From positions 1-64,000 of the forward strand of contig JAXLNO010000648.1 in assembly GCA_038087875.1 (NCBI GenBank): a stretch of DNA of 64,000 bases, written 5' to 3'. How positions within the stretch are numbered: the stretch's first letter is position 1; every line of letters begins with the position of its first letter. This DNA comes from Malacoraja senta. Taxonomy: Eukaryota. A program made the translations under genes and the position numbers. A model generated the notes under the pieces. The model had not been told where the DNA came from and searched no databases. It was given only the letters and a program-made list of their open reading frames with translations. Shown here piece by piece: positions 49,346 to 63,351 of the stretch.

Positions 49346-50024
49346 TCTTATGTTGACGATGTTGTTTCTATTGAAATTAAAATGAAGAAGAGAGAATGGA
49401 GAATGAATTATAAAAGAACAATCAATTAATATGACAACATAATCAGTGACAATGCTACAATCCTCCATTACAGAAACAGATAACATTAATTCTTAAACAA
49501 AATGTCCTCCTGTAACCAGATGGAGCAGTTCAGGAATGGCCAAAATAACTTGAAGGTCAACCTTCCTTTTAGATGCTTTCTGATCACTGAAACATATTTC
49601 GCATTCTGCCTGATTATATAGTATTTGGGCATTATTGATGTATTTTCACTGGAACAAGATGAAAAATTGATGCTTGTGTATAAAGCATTTTACCTTCAAT
49701 ACTGAAGGGCTACATGACTTATTTCTTACCGCTAAAACTCCCAAGTTCGTCACCATATTGATGTTTTCAGTCCTTAATTTTATTCTAGGAGCATTGACAG
49801 CTCTGATTCATTCTGTCTTATCCAACAAGCTGTTCTTATAATTTCATATTTACTCAATTCAGGACCCTGTCTAATACTCCTTTACCCTATCTTATCAATA
49901 TACACTAGAAATTGATGGAGAATCAGGATGTACCAATCAAGCACATTCATTTGCTTGATAAGCAGTTTTTAGAAAGGAAATAACTAAATTACATTTTACG
50001 ACAAACCAATAAGAACGACTGATG

Positions 50025-51285
50025 CAGATAAGTATGAGGTGGTACATTTTGGCATCAAACCAGGGCAGGATTTTACAGTGAAAGGAAGGTCCCTAGGGCC
50101 AGAGGGATCTAGAAGTACAGATACACAGTTCCCTGAAAGTGGTGACACATGTACATACTGTGGTAAAGATACATTGGCTTCATTTGTCAGAGTATTCAGA
50201 ATAGAAATGGGATGTTATGTTACAGTGGTAAAAGATGTAGGTGACGCCACATTCGGAGTGTTGTGTTTACGCTTCCAAATGATCCCAGGAATGAGTAGGT
50301 TAACATATGATGAGCTTTTGACAGCACTGGGCCTGTACTCGCTGGAGTTTAGAAGAATGAGGGGGTACCTCATTGAAACTTACATAACAGTGAAAGGCTT
50401 GGATATAGTGGATGTGGGGAGGATGTTTCCACTAGTGGGAGAGTCTAGGACCAGAGGTCATAGACGCAGAATTAAAAGACGTTCTTTTAGGAAGGAGATT
50501 AAAAGGAATTTCTTTAGTCCTTTAGTGGTGAATATGTGGAATTCTTTGCCACAGAAGGCTGTGGAGGCTGTCAGTGGATACTTTTAAGGCAGAGACAGAT
50601 TATTGATTAATGTGGGTGTCAGAGGTAATGGGGAGAAGGCAGGAGAATGGGGTAAGGAGCGAGGGATAGATCAGCCATGATTGAATGGTGGAGTAGACTT
50701 GATCGGCCAAATGTCCTAATTGTGCTCCCTTGCGATGTTATGACATGAAGGATATCATTAAGCTAGAAAGAGTGCAGAGAAGATTTACGAGAATGTTGTC
50801 AAGATTCAAGGGCCTGAACCATTGGGAGAGATTGGGCAAGCTAGGACTTTATTCCTTGGATGTCAGGAGGCTAAAGGGTGATCTTATAGATATGTGTAAA
50901 ATCATGAGGGGAATTGATGAGGTGAATTTACAGAGTCTGTAATCCAGGCTTGGGGGATTCAAGAGCCAAAGGACATAGCTTTAAGATGAGAGGAGGGCAA
51001 GATTTAACGGAAACCTGAGGGGCATCTTTTTCATTCAGAAGGTGCTGAATATAGAGAATGTGCTGCCAGGGGAGATAGTTGAGGCAGGTACCATAATAAC
51101 TTTGAAGAGACGCATCATCTATTATGAATAGAAGTCACTTGGATAGGTACATGGATAGGAAAGGTTTAGAGGGATATATGGGCCAAATGAGGGGAAAACG
51201 TAACTAGCTTAGATTGAGTATCTTGGTCGGCCTGACGGGTTGGGGTGAAGGACCTATTTCCGTGCAGCATTATTCTATGACTACT
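50025..51285 (+). mobile_element. Nested CR1 fragments (younger copy about 50280-50729 inside an older copy)
   Basis: Two successive LYSLE/DxRRxxGxLI blocks. The older frame resumes at DIIKLERVQRRFTRML. Confidence 0.8.
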
Positions 51286-52424
51286 GTATCAAACCTGCAG
51301 CTACCTTGGCTATGTTTTAAATGTTAATCCTCCAGTGGTAGATTTTGCAGCTGTGGTTATTAAACATGGTTTTGTTATAGGAGGCAAGCAGTAAGTTGCA
51401 TTACTGAAAAGGTCACCTGAAGGATCTCTTCTTGTACAATTGGTTTTACCACAATTAAGTCTGGAATTAATTATGGACAGATTATTTTAAATTTCAGTTC
51501 ATTTAAACATTTTCTTTTTGTGCAATATCATTCGATAGGATCATCATATTTTCTAATCATGGTCATCATATAAAGTGCTCCTGACAGCCAAATCTCAGCT
51601 CTCAGGATATTTTTAAAATAGATATTCAGAGCTGTTGAGTTCTGAATATGGCATCCTTACACTTCTATCAACTACATCAGTGATCTTAAGCATTTTCCGT
51701 GAGATCAACTGCATTATCAGCAAAGCCTCAACTGAAGCCAATGCAGGACAGTACAACCATAAAAATGTTTGTCCTTTTGATGATGATGAGCACTTTCCCA
51801 GGCTGCATTTGAAAGTATATATAACGTTTTGGCTCTTACAAATCAGGTCATCCAGACCCTAGCAAAGTACTTTAGAGGATTATTGTGCACTTGCCTCATT
51901 GCCAAAACCTTTTTATGACCATCTGTATTAAACAGATGACGGGAAGTAACTATATGTGCAGCAAGAGTAGATCATTTTGATCATTTGAATGCCATGAACT
52001 TTGCAAGTTTCCTGCAGAATGCAAGGTGTAATATGTATGCAATAGTTCATTGCAACATTATTCAACCTTAATACTCTCTAAATTATCAGCACATGTCAAA
52101 TTTAATACAGGAGGTCCAGAAATTTGCTGTCACTGAACATAAAAAGTTGTTTCTACAAAATCTGTTCCATGGAAACCAACACCATTCTTTCCCTCTTAAG
52201 CGATAGGCAAAGTGAGACAATTTACAATATTTGTCATGTTTGATCCCAAGCTGAGAATCCATCTTCATATCGGTGCCATTAGTAAGATCATCTTTTTCAT
52301 TTCTATGACCATGCCTGCTCTGCCCTACCTCAGCTCATTGCCTGGAACCCATGCCCATGTTCACTTATCATTCAACATGTTGGCTTCCACTCACTCTTAG
52401 TCAGGCTATCCTGGGTCTTTGATT

Positions 52425-52730
52425 GGTTGATTGATTTAAAGACACAGCATGGAAACAGGTCCTTCGGCCCACCAAGTCCATGTCATCCCCCTATCACCCG
52501 TTTACACTATTATCCTACTTTCATATCCACTCTCTATACACTTGTGGATATTTACAGAGGCCAATTAACCTGCAAACCAACATGTCTTTGGGATGTGGGA
52601 GGAAACCGGAGCACCCAGAGGAAACCCACATATGTGCAAACTCCACACAGACAGAACCCAAGCTCCGGATCGAACCAGGGACCCTGGTGTGCGAGGCAGC
52701 AGTTGTACCAACTGCGACACTATGCTGCCC
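52425..52730 (-). mobile_element. V-SINE (HE1-like)
   Basis: Same architecture as 26055-26356. Confidence 0.8.
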
Positions 52731-53969
52731 TTCCTATAGATCGGCTCATTCAAAATTATACTGTCTGGCTCCGAACTTGCACCAAGATGTGTTTGACCAT
52801 TGTCCTTATTTGCTCTTAGGCCTACCATGGCAAATAGTAGAGCAATGCTTAGATATCAAAAATTTCTCTGTATGCTTTTGCAATTCTTCTAAATATCTAC
52901 ATTTATAAATTCTTGTTTTCAGCCAAAAACTGGGCTTTCTGACATTAGTTGTACTGATTTGATAAATGCAAGATTCCTAAGAGACGTGATAAAACTAAAG
53001 TCTTCAATTCCTTTCAAATCCAAGTTAAGAATATATTCTGGTCTTCTGCAGATCAGCAGGGTAGTTTAAAGTACAATGTTCATCAAAGAGTAAAGCACAA
53101 TTTTGAATACAGATATCAATGTCATCCTGTAATAACAATGAAAAATTGTATGGTATTTTGTAAAATGCCATTTGAATCAGTCGACTAGGAGCAGGTTCAT
53201 CTGATACCAGAGCAACTTCTAATAATGAGACAAATATAACCTTTTTTTGTTTGGTGAAAAATCAGATAAGACAATTAAATAAAGAATCAGTTACCTTTTA
53301 GAAAGTTGGTAGAGGAAAGCACCAAGCAAAATGGTCTTCAAATTGTCTTATGATGTCTTTGATTGTCAGATTCCTTCCGTTATAGCATTCTTGCCTCTGA
53401 TACAGGTTTGTGTAAATAGACAACACAGAATATTGAGACAAAATCTAGACTGATGGAGATGTTAGACAAATACTCCATTTGTCAAGTCAAGTTTATTGTC
53501 ATGTGCACAAGTACAGTGAGGTACAGGTACAATTAAAATCTTGCTTGGGTGAAATATTCTCTGAGAATAAGAGAATAATAGAATGGAATTTCTATTATTC
53601 TGGCCAACAATAATCCATCATTCAGTCTCAAAGTAGTTAGTTGATCATTTATTTCAGCTTTATTTACAAAACTTTGTTCTGGTGAATTGTATACCATATT
53701 TATTTGTATTATGCAATTAAAATCTAAAGTTAATTGACGAGAAATGTATCTTAGCTGCTTGAAAATCTAATTAAGAGGATTATAAATTACATTTTATTGA
53801 TGGTACTTACCCCTCTAGAACAGCTATTGCCATGTTTGATAATGCAGCCCTCCACATTTATTGCATTGTCTTACATCTTATGTGCTGACTTCCAGGAATG
53901 GGACTGAAACCTAAACTTCTGACTCAGTGGTTTCACACAGTTTGGAGTGAGTGAAATAGCGAATGCTTA

Positions 53970-54220
53970 CATAGAAACATAGACTATAGGTGCAGGAGTA
54001 GGCCATTCGGCCCATCGAATGTGATCATGGCTGATCATCCACAATCAGTACCCCGATCCTGCTTCTCCCCATACCCCTTGATTCTGTTAGCCCTGTGAGC
54101 TCTATCTAACTTTCTTTTGAATGCATCCAGTGAATCGTCCTCCACTGCCTTCTGAGGCAGAGAATTCCACAAATTCATAACTATGTGTGAAAAGGTTTTT
54201 CCTCATCTCAGTTCTAAATG
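53970..54220 (-). mobile_element. CR1 3' end
   Basis: Nearly matches 4583-4830; (catagaaa)-type tail. Confidence 0.85.
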
Positions 54221-57200
54221 TGACACAATATGCAACGTCACACAATAATCCTAAATTCCATTGTGGAGAGTTCTAATTGAAAAGATGTTTAAACAGGGTG
54301 GACAACAAACACATTTTTCCTACATCAGTGTTTATGTCACATTTGAGTCTGTCAAGTCAACTGGGCCAAAGCTCGTGAATTAGTTCTTTTTCACAGGTGG
54401 GAATAGGGGATCTTTAAGGGAATCCTGTCCCAAGTCTCCTCAGCATGACCTCCTTTCCTGGCATGTGAAGGTGTAGAGAGAAATTATTCATGATGGACAT
54501 TCTGTTCAGAATGCTATTGAATTCATGGTTAAGATCCCAATGATATTCAAGGCCCAATGCATCAGGTAGGCAACATAAATATAGGGCCTTGTTAAGTTGG
54601 AATTAAATAGAAATGGATAATAAGCTATAATAGATGAGCTATAATAACCCTCAAAAAATACTATTTATTTTGTTCTTAATCAAAAACTAAATCTTGATTC
54701 CATCAGTTTTGATGACTCCCGTCTCAGCTGTTCAAGATCCTCTTTTTGAAGTTAGTTAGAAATGCTTGTTGATAATGAATCAGTATTCAATAATGGGAAA
54801 ATGGGCTGGCAAAACGAATGCATAGGATAATGTGTAGTGGCAAGACTTAAGGTTGTTAACATAACAGAGTAATAATGTGGTTCATTTGGTAAATATATCA
54901 TCTACTGTGGTGTAAGGTATGTTAAAAACATTTCCTGGTCTGTGAGACCAGTGCAACTGGGGAATTAGTTTTTACTGGAGTTCTCCAAAATGAGGGAGAG
55001 TTGGGGTCTGGGGAAAGCAACCTGTAACATTCTGATTGTTGCCAATTAACAATTTTTCAAAAGTGTGCTTGTGATTATGCTTAGTCATAACACTCAACAT
55101 GCCAAATTGTTCAATTATTTATAGCTATTTGCAATCCAGTTTTATGCATGAAAAATAATTTGACCATACTAAAAATCAACAGTCATCTATGAAAATTAAC
55201 TCAAAATATGTAACTTCCTATATATTTTTTCCTACATCCCACTGTACTTATTGAATTTGATTTTCATTCCTCTGTAGAAAATAGAGAAAAATTATTTTAC
55301 AAAGAGAAAATTGCTAATTGTTTTATTTTTTCGAATGCGAATCTATTATTATATACTTTTTCCTGAGCTTTGAAAATTCTGTTAGATTTACGCATTCCTA
55401 CGTAATTTGCTCTTCTAATTTTAAGAATATTTGCTTCTTATCATTTTAATTATCTTAGTTTTCAAAGAGCTGTTATTAAATTACTATCTTATTTTATTTG
55501 AGCTATTTTATTTTTATTTAATAATTGGAGTTAATGACAAATTCTGCTGGTTGACCATAATCCAATGTGTTCTATATGAAATGCTGTTATTTGTGGATTT
55601 TAGCATTTTATCATTGTTGGGTAGAAGTGTTTCTTAATGGTTAAATCTATCTTGTGTATGGCTAATAACAAACTGTTTGACAATTGGGGTATATGTAAAA
55701 TTATGGATTAGAGAATTGAATTAAAGTTTTATATTATATATATATAGTTTTCCTTTTCTTGTTCAGCACAATACTTTGGAAAATAAATTGTAGACTTTAC
55801 ACTTCTTGAATGCTGAAATATTTACAGGAAAATTTATAGAAACATTTTTTGTCTCATAATTTACAACTTATATGATTTTATTCATGAATTACCATAACTC
55901 CCTGACAAACTACTTGAAAACAATCAATTTTGACTAATAATTAAGTTAATTCTGAAGTATTGCTGAAAATAGGTGAAAACAAAACTCGAACATTTACAAA
56001 TTCCAGTTGAATGAATGCCTAAATTACCATTGCAGAAATAAAAATCCTTCTGGCATGATGCAGTAAATCAGTTTGCTTTGATATTAACTGGAGGGAAAAG
56101 AAAATAAAACAAACCTTTTTCTCGTCAGATCATAGCATCAGAAAATACCTTTCTTTGAATTGAAGTACTTGACCATCAAGATACATAATTAAACTGCAGT
56201 AACATCTAAATATTTATGCAGAATCAACTGAAGCATTTTCTTGGAGTTTGTGATTATTTTGATGCTGATTCTAAACCATTGTCTGAATACTTTATTAAAA
56301 TTATATTACTGCCATGCAATAATTTTTACAGAGCTATTCTCAGGAGCATTCCTAAAATAATTTTTAAAACATAGAAAGTTCACACTGCAATTAAATTTAG
56401 AAAATGAAGCTTTTTCCATTATTTAAACATGCCACAGAATCTTAAATTAATTTTTTTCCTCATGGAAACACATGCAAAATCCCTTTGAATGGCATGCAGA
56501 CAGATGAATTATTACATAAATGGAAGATGAAATGAATTGCTATTCTCAGCTTTAGAATAAATCTATTCGTCATACCTGGTAAAATTCTTGGTTGTGGGAA
56601 ACATTAATCCTGAAATCATTCCCAGACTCTCAGGCAAGATGTTTCACATAACAAAAATTGTGATATGGTTGCAAAAAAATAGAGCTTTAATATTGATTTT
56701 GTTTACTTCGTATATCCTCACCTTAGCAGCAATGCTCAGCTGTTGGTGTCTTCATTGTATAGATTAATCCGGAAACCAAAAGCCATTTGCTCAGTGACTG
56801 TAGCTCAGCTTTATGGTTAAATGTTTTTGTCAGTTTACGTGTATAAGGAATCTGGAATATTTCCTTTGAGACGACACATAAGGAATTAATCGAGAAGTTA
56901 AATGGAACAATGTGGGTTGGGTTTATTCTTGTCTCCAGATATGCCAAGTGTATTTGACTGTTAATTCAATTGAGTTGTTCATGAAGTCCAAAGCAATAAC
57001 CTTTTCACTGATGTAATTTGATGATCCTTAAACACAGCTCAGGAAAATTTGAAAAAAAAAAAATCTTTGCAAGGGCCTCTTAGCCATGCTAATGAGAAAC
57101 TCAGAAAGCACCACAAAGCCGCTCCCAGCCATGAATTTCTACTGTTTAGTGTTTTTATTTGGACAGAATGGTCATTTAACAAAAATGTTGAAAACTACTT

Positions 57201-57529
57201 GTGATAGCAGTGCTAACATAGAAAAGTATTCCATGACAATGCATGAGTATAAGGCCAGAGAATAAATGACTGGGATGGTAATGTAGCTCACTTCTAATGG
57301 GTGTCTTACAGGAAACCAAGGACATGGGAGTCAGAGTTTAGGGAGGAAATTCAGATTATGCAGGAAATGAGTGGTGAGGCAAAGCAGTGGTCTAAATTAA
57401 GAAACAAGTTCGGGGCAGAGCTTTTGATTAGATGGTGATGACGATGAGAATGAAGATGCTGGTTGACATATATGGTGGGAAAATTTAGTTATGATAGTGG
57501 ACGTAATTATTGAAATAGGAATATTATAG

Positions 57530-58058
57530 GAAGGACATTATAGCCATAGAGGGAGTGCAGAGAAGGTTCACCAGACTGATTCCTGGGATGTCAGGACTTT
57601 CATATGAAGAAAGACTGGATAGACTTGGCTTATACTCGCTAGAATTTAGGAGATTGAGAGGGGATCTTATAGAAACATACAAAATTCTTATGGGGTTGGA
57701 CAGGCTAGATGCAGGAAGATTGTTCCCGATGTTGGGGAAGTCCAGGACAAGGGGTCACAGCTTAAGGATAAGGGGGAAATCCTTTAAGACCGAGATGAGG
57801 AAAAACTTTTTCACACAGAGAGTGGTGAATCTCTGGAACTCTCTGCCACAGAGGGTAGTTGAGGCCAGTTCATTGGCTATATTTAAGAGGGAGTTAGATG
57901 TGGCCCTTGTGGCTAAGGGGATCAGGGGGAATGGAGAGAAGGCAGGTACGGGATACTGAGTTGGATGATCAGCCATGATCATATTGAATGGCGGTGCAGG
58001 CTCGAAGGGCCGAATGGCCTACTCCTGCACCTATTTTCTATGTATCTATGTATCTATG
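57530..58058 (+). mobile_element. Young CR1 3' fragment
   Basis: Uninterrupted ORF2 C-terminus (57555-57959) and (tctatgta)n tail. Confidence 0.9.
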
Positions 58059-58079
58059 ATATGAGAATCGAAGATTTGC

Positions 58080-59150
58080 AGAGTCATAGAAACCAGCCGT
58101 TCAGCCCACCACATCTATGCCTACCACCAAACTCCACCTGTATTAATCGCATTTTCCAACACATGGCCCACAAATTTCTATGATTTTGTATTCAAATGCT
58201 CAACTAGCTATTTATTAAATGTTGTATGGACCTCTGTTTCACTATTCTCTCAGTCAATATGTTCCAGATTCCAACTTGCAAAAAAGATTCCAGCTTGAAA
58301 AAAATCCTCAGAACCCCTGTTCCTTACATTAAATCTCTGCCCACAGGTTTGGCACACTTCTGCCAATGGGAAAATGTTCTTGCTGGTTGCTTCAAATTTT
58401 GCCCTTTTCATATTACTCATTTCAACAGGAAGGCCCTCAAACCCAGTCAATCCAGTCTCCTTGTGTTAATGATATGCTCCGTCCCAAGCAATGTCTTGGT
58501 TAGTCTCCTCTGCATTCTCTACGATGCAATTAAATCCTTCCTACAATGTGGCACCCATAACTGCAGACAGGCTAATCAATGTTTTATGTTCATCCCTGCA
58601 CTTATATATTTTTTGCTGCAGCTAATCATCTTCTCAAACATAGACACAAAGTGCCAGAGTAACTCAGCAGATCTGGCACCATCTCTGTAGAACATGGGTA
58701 GGTGACATTTTGGGTCGGTACACTTCTCCTTCTTCGTTTCCTAGTCCTCCAAAATATTCCAAATGGAATTTAAACTGGAGGTGGTGTTCTCCAGAGAAGC
58801 TGGCTGGCCTACTGAGTTACTGCAGCACTTTGTTTTTTGTTTTAAACCAGCATCTGCAGTTCCTTGTATCTCTATCTTCTCAAACTTATCAGGATTGAAT
58901 TCTGTTTGCAAATGTTCCGTCCATTTTACCATCTCATCTGTATCAGCCAAAGACTACTCTCTTTACTATCAACCACATCATATTATTGATACTACCTCCT
59001 ACATTCACATCTAAATTGATAACATGTATAGCAAACTGAAAGGGTTTCAGCAACAGTCTCTGAAGGAAAACATTGGTCACAGTCTTCCAATCACAAAGGC
59101 AATCCTTGCCCCTCCTATCCCTGCATCAATTTGCTCTGGGTCCCATGGTT
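58080..59150 (-). mobile_element. Degenerate CR1 interrupted by inverted Penelope terminal fragments (about 58640-58870)
   Basis: Decayed CR1 motifs. Penelope ends gacacaaagtgc..gagtaactcagc and ctgagttactgcagcactttg face each other. Confidence 0.6.
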
Positions 59151-59439
59151 TATTGTATGCAAGAGCTTTGGTATTAGTTATCGACTGAAACAACAATTCC
59201 ATCTACATGCACATGACTCATCTGATGATCGGGGTGAACATACTGTCTGATAATCTCCTCTCCCTAATCTAGCGGACTTCAGCTGGATTGGATGTGGTAG
59301 GCTAGATGCACTCCGGATGGAGAGGTTACACCAGACTAACATAGGTGAGAATCAGTCCAAGGTAAAGTTGATCAGTTGTGAGGATTATGGGAGATCAGAG
59401 AAATATTGGGATTTTGATGTAGAGAGGTTGTATGGGGAT

Positions 59440-60797
59440 TCAGCTAATGTTATCCCACTTTTTAAGAAAGGCGGGAGAGAGAAAACAGGGAATTATAGAC
59501 CAGTTAGCGTGACATCGGTGAGGAAAATGTTGGAGTCAATTATAAAAGATGAAATAGCCACACATTTGGATAGAAGTAACAGGATCGGTCCGAGTCAGCA
59601 TGGATTTACGAAGGGGAAATCATGCTTGACTAATCTTCTGGAATTTTTTGAGGTTGTAACTAGGAAAATGGACAAGGGAGAGCCAGTGGATGTAGTGTGC
59701 CTGGACTTTCAGAAAGCATTTGATAAGGTCCCACATAGGAGATTAATGGGCAAAATTAGGGCACATGGTATTGGGGGTAGAGTGCTGACATGGATAGAAA
59801 ATTGGTTGGCAGACAGGAAACAAAGGGTAGAGATTAACGAGTCCCTTTCAGAATGGCAGGCAGTGACTAATGGGGTACCGCAAGGCTCGGTGCTGGGACC
59901 GCAGCTATTTACAATTTACATCAATGATTTGGATGAAGGGATTCAAAGTAACATTAGCAAATTTGCAGATGACACAAAGCTGGGTGGCAGTGTGAACTGT
60001 GAGGAGGATGCTATGAGAATGCAGGGTGACTTGGACAGATTGGGGGAGTGGGCAGATGCATGGCAGATGAAGTTTAATGCGGATAAATGTGAGGTTATCC
60101 ACTTTGGTAGCAAAAACACGAAGGCAGATTACTATCTAAATGGCATCAAGTTGGGACAAGGGGAACTACAACGGGCAGTGAAGAAAGCGAATGGCATGTT
60201 GGTCTTTATAACAAGAGGAATTGAATATAGGAGCAAAGAGGTCCTTCTGCAGTTGTACAAAGCCCTTGTGAGACCACACCTGGAGTATTGTGTGCAGTTT
60301 TGGTCCCCTAATTTGAGGAAGGACATTCTTGCTATTGAGGGAGTGCAGCGTAGGTTTACAAGGTTAATTCCCGGGATGGCGGGACTGTCGTATGCTGAGC
60401 GGCTGGGCTTGTACTCTCTGGAGTTTAGAAGGATGAGAGGGGATCTTATTGATACATATAAGTTTGTTAAGGGTTTGGACACGCTAGAGGCAGGAAACAT
60501 GTTCCCGATGTTGGGGGAGTCCAGAACCATGGGCCACAGTTTAAGAATAAGGGGTAAGCCATTTAGAACGGAGACGAGGAAACACTTTTTCTCACAGAGA
60601 GTTGTGAGTCTGTGGAATTCTCTGCCTCAGAGGGCGGTGGAGGCAGGTTCTCTGGATACTTTCAAGAGAGAGCCAGATAGGGCTCTTAAAGATAGCGGAG
60701 TCAGGGGATATAATTGGGGATGATCAGCCATGATCACATTGAATGGCGGTGCTGACTCGACGGGACGAATGGCCTACTCCTGCACCTATTGTCTATA
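59440..60797 (+). mobile_element. Young CR1 LINE, 5'-truncated, RT frame open with in-frame deletions
   Basis: ORF 59317-60723 has ANVIPLFKKG, QHGF, LDFQKAFDKVPH, GVPQGSVLGP and FADDTK. Same subfamily as 1930-3122. Confidence 0.93.
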
Positions 60798-61789
60798 GTA
60801 TAGAGTTGGTGAAGGAAGTGCACAGAACGAGAGATGTTTCATGGGTGGAGCGTGCACTGGGGTAAATACTGGTGGGAGGGCAGTTGCAACTAAAGGGTCT
60901 TCAGAGTATTTGGCAGAAGGAAGGAAAGTCAGAAGAAGGTATTTTTATTAAATACTTAACCAGCTGTCGCTACTTTTTTGATGGCTGCTCCATTTTTTCT
61001 CAGTGATTATAAAGATGTGTTTAACAGCACTCGGGGCCTTTGGAGAACTTTGTTCAAAACTTGTATTGTTCGTCTGGTTTTAATCAGTGACAAAGAGCTC
61101 TTAATTATTTTCAGATGTAGAACTGCAAATACAGGAAAAAAATCCTTTGTTTTGTGGTTGGGGATTAAGGTGATTATAAAGAAAAGGATAAGCAATAAAC
61201 TAGGGGAAAGAGGTACTCTGGGACTGATAGAAAGTGGGCTATTATCCTCCAGAATCCAGAATCTCATTAATCATTCTTCAAATACAATCTTTAAATTCAT
61301 AATCTGCCATCACATTGACACCTGATCAATGTTTAACTGACCTGTAAATGCTCAGGCAATTTGATCAATTGCTTCTTTCTAAAAGTACATTCAAATGAAA
61401 ATTAGAAAGTTATGCCATCTTTACAATTCTATATATGTTAACATGTTACACTGCTGGCACGCCATACTTATTGCCTATCTACCGGAGAGCACACAGTAGT
61501 CTCAACATTTATTGAAGAGAATGCATGTGGAGTCAGGAGTGCCCCTCCTGGTTTTGATAAAATAACTGTGGGATGCATTTTACTGATGCACAATCCTCTG
61601 CGCGACAGCCAGCAAATTCCTCGCAACCATCCACAACCAGAGAATGGCAAAATGTAGGTCAATTGTCCAACTCTCTTTAGTTCAAAATTTATGGAACTGC
61701 AGAAACAAACAAAAAACAATAGTTCCAACAGAGACAGGGCTATGGAGGGCAGGTGATCTGGGGAGAAAAAACCATTAGAGAAAGGGCAG

Positions 61790-62410
61790 GTTTGTTTCAA
61801 CAGAGACTTGGAGCTGAAAGGAGTGCATGGAATTTAAGAAACAGCTGTTTCTGAGCGTGAAAGCATCTCGTAGTTTATTAAAGGAAATCAGACACTCTTG
61901 GACTGGCCATTTTGGACTAACTGTTTTTGGGAATGGTGCCTGAGATGAAGTGTTGTGATTGAAGGTAAGCGCTGAAGTCTAAGCTCGAGAGGCTTCGGCG
62001 AGGAGGCTGAATAGAGGGCGAGGCCTTTATAACTTTTCCCTTTAGTCTTTACGCAGTCGGGATGGCAGTTAGACAATGATATGCTCCTCCTGCAGCATGT
62101 GGGAGTTCGGGGAATCTTCCAGTGTCCCTTGACATTACACTTGTGGAAAATGTGTCCAGATGCAGTTCCTGACTGACTGGGATGCTGAGAGCTTCACAGG
62201 TATAAGTTTTAGTGAGGTGGTCTCATGCCTCCGGTGCAGGCAGAAAGTAGCTGGGTAACTACCAGGAAAGGTAAAGGGAGTTGGCAGGTATACCACTTTG
62301 GATTCTGATGGGAGCATGACCATTCAGGAAAAAGCAGCAGCAGAAATTGGGCCTGTAGCACCAAGACTGACTTTGAGACACTGAGGGGACAGGCAGTTAG
62401 GCAGGGCTAT
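61790..62410 (+). mobile_element. CR1 5' region (5' UTR plus decayed ORF1)
   Basis: ICSSCSMWE...YTCGKCVQMQ zinc-finger-like ORF1 start at about 62079-62165. Confidence 0.6.
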
Positions 62411-62659
62411 GGTGAAAGTGTACTACAGGAAGTAATATGCCAACCAAATTGGCATTTTGCCTGCATTTGGCTTATAGCCCTCTAATCCCTTCCTATCTGT
62501 GTCATAATGGCTTTTAAAAATCACAATTGGATCAGTTTCTATAAGAGATAGAACTGCCTTCACCACACTGTCCATCTGATTTGTCCCTTTGACGGAACCC
62601 TGTACCTGTCTTCCTAGATACTCCATGTTCTGCAAAATCTCCATATTCTGCAATACTCG

Positions 62660-62910
62660 CCAAATGACAGGAATGAAAAGCCTAAAAGTGTGAGAAAACG
62701 ATAGAAGAAGTGTGAAATGTGAAGCCAGAAGAAGGAATATAAGTGGAAGGGGATGGTGAGGGGGTGGGAAAGGGATAAATAGGTACATATCCAGGTGGGG
62801 TACAGGGAAGAGAAAGGGAATTGTGGGGTAGGGGGTTGTCTGTAGGTAGGTTACCTGAAATTGGAGCATTCAATGTCCATACCATTGGATTGTAACTATA
62901 TCAAATATGA
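62660..62910 (-). mobile_element. Penelope-like fragment
   Basis: Reverse complement resembles 10640-10870 (acctgaaattggagcattcaatgt). Confidence 0.6.
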
Positions 62911-62929
62911 TTAACTATCCAAATGGAAT

Positions 62930-63351
62930 AGGTCATCATTTTGTGTTGCTGTGTATAGGATGTTGACAAGGCTGCATTTGGTGTATTGAGTTCAGTTTTG
63001 GTCTTCCTGGTTTTGGAAAGATGCCATTAAGCTGGAAACAGTACAGTAAAGATTTATGAGGTTCTTGCCAGGACTCAACATATTGAGGTTTAGGGAGAGA
63101 TTGGACAGACTAGAACTTTATTCCTTGGTGTTTAGGAGTTTTGGGGATAATCATACAGAGCTGTATGAAATCATGAGAGACATAGACAGGGTGAAAGCAG
63201 AGTCTTGTTCCCAGGGTTATGCAATGTATAACGACAGGGCATAGTTTAAGGTGAACTAAGAAAAATTAATAGGTATGTATATGGAATAAACTGCCAGTGG
63301 AAGCGGTTGAGGCAGGTACAATAACAATATTAAAAGACATTTGGATAAATA
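62930..63351 (+). mobile_element. Degenerate CR1, interrupted by a Helitron
   Basis: RERLDRLELYSL motif; the sequence breaks at ...catttggataaata|ctag. Confidence 0.75.

Noticed and set aside
49346..49486. N-terminal 47 aa of the 361-aa ORF as part of OMD
   Set aside because: Most of it lies upstream of the splice acceptor at 49367; the signal peptide starts at ATG 49345.
59317..60723. 468-aa ORF as a host gene
   Set aside because: It is a 5'-truncated CR1 ORF2 with internal deletions; the N-terminal about 40 aa are fortuitous read-in from the flank.
60800..61780. Possible last exon of ASPN
   Set aside because: I could not find the expected class I SLRP C-terminal motifs (NDFCP, LFNNP, FRC) in the minus-strand frames.
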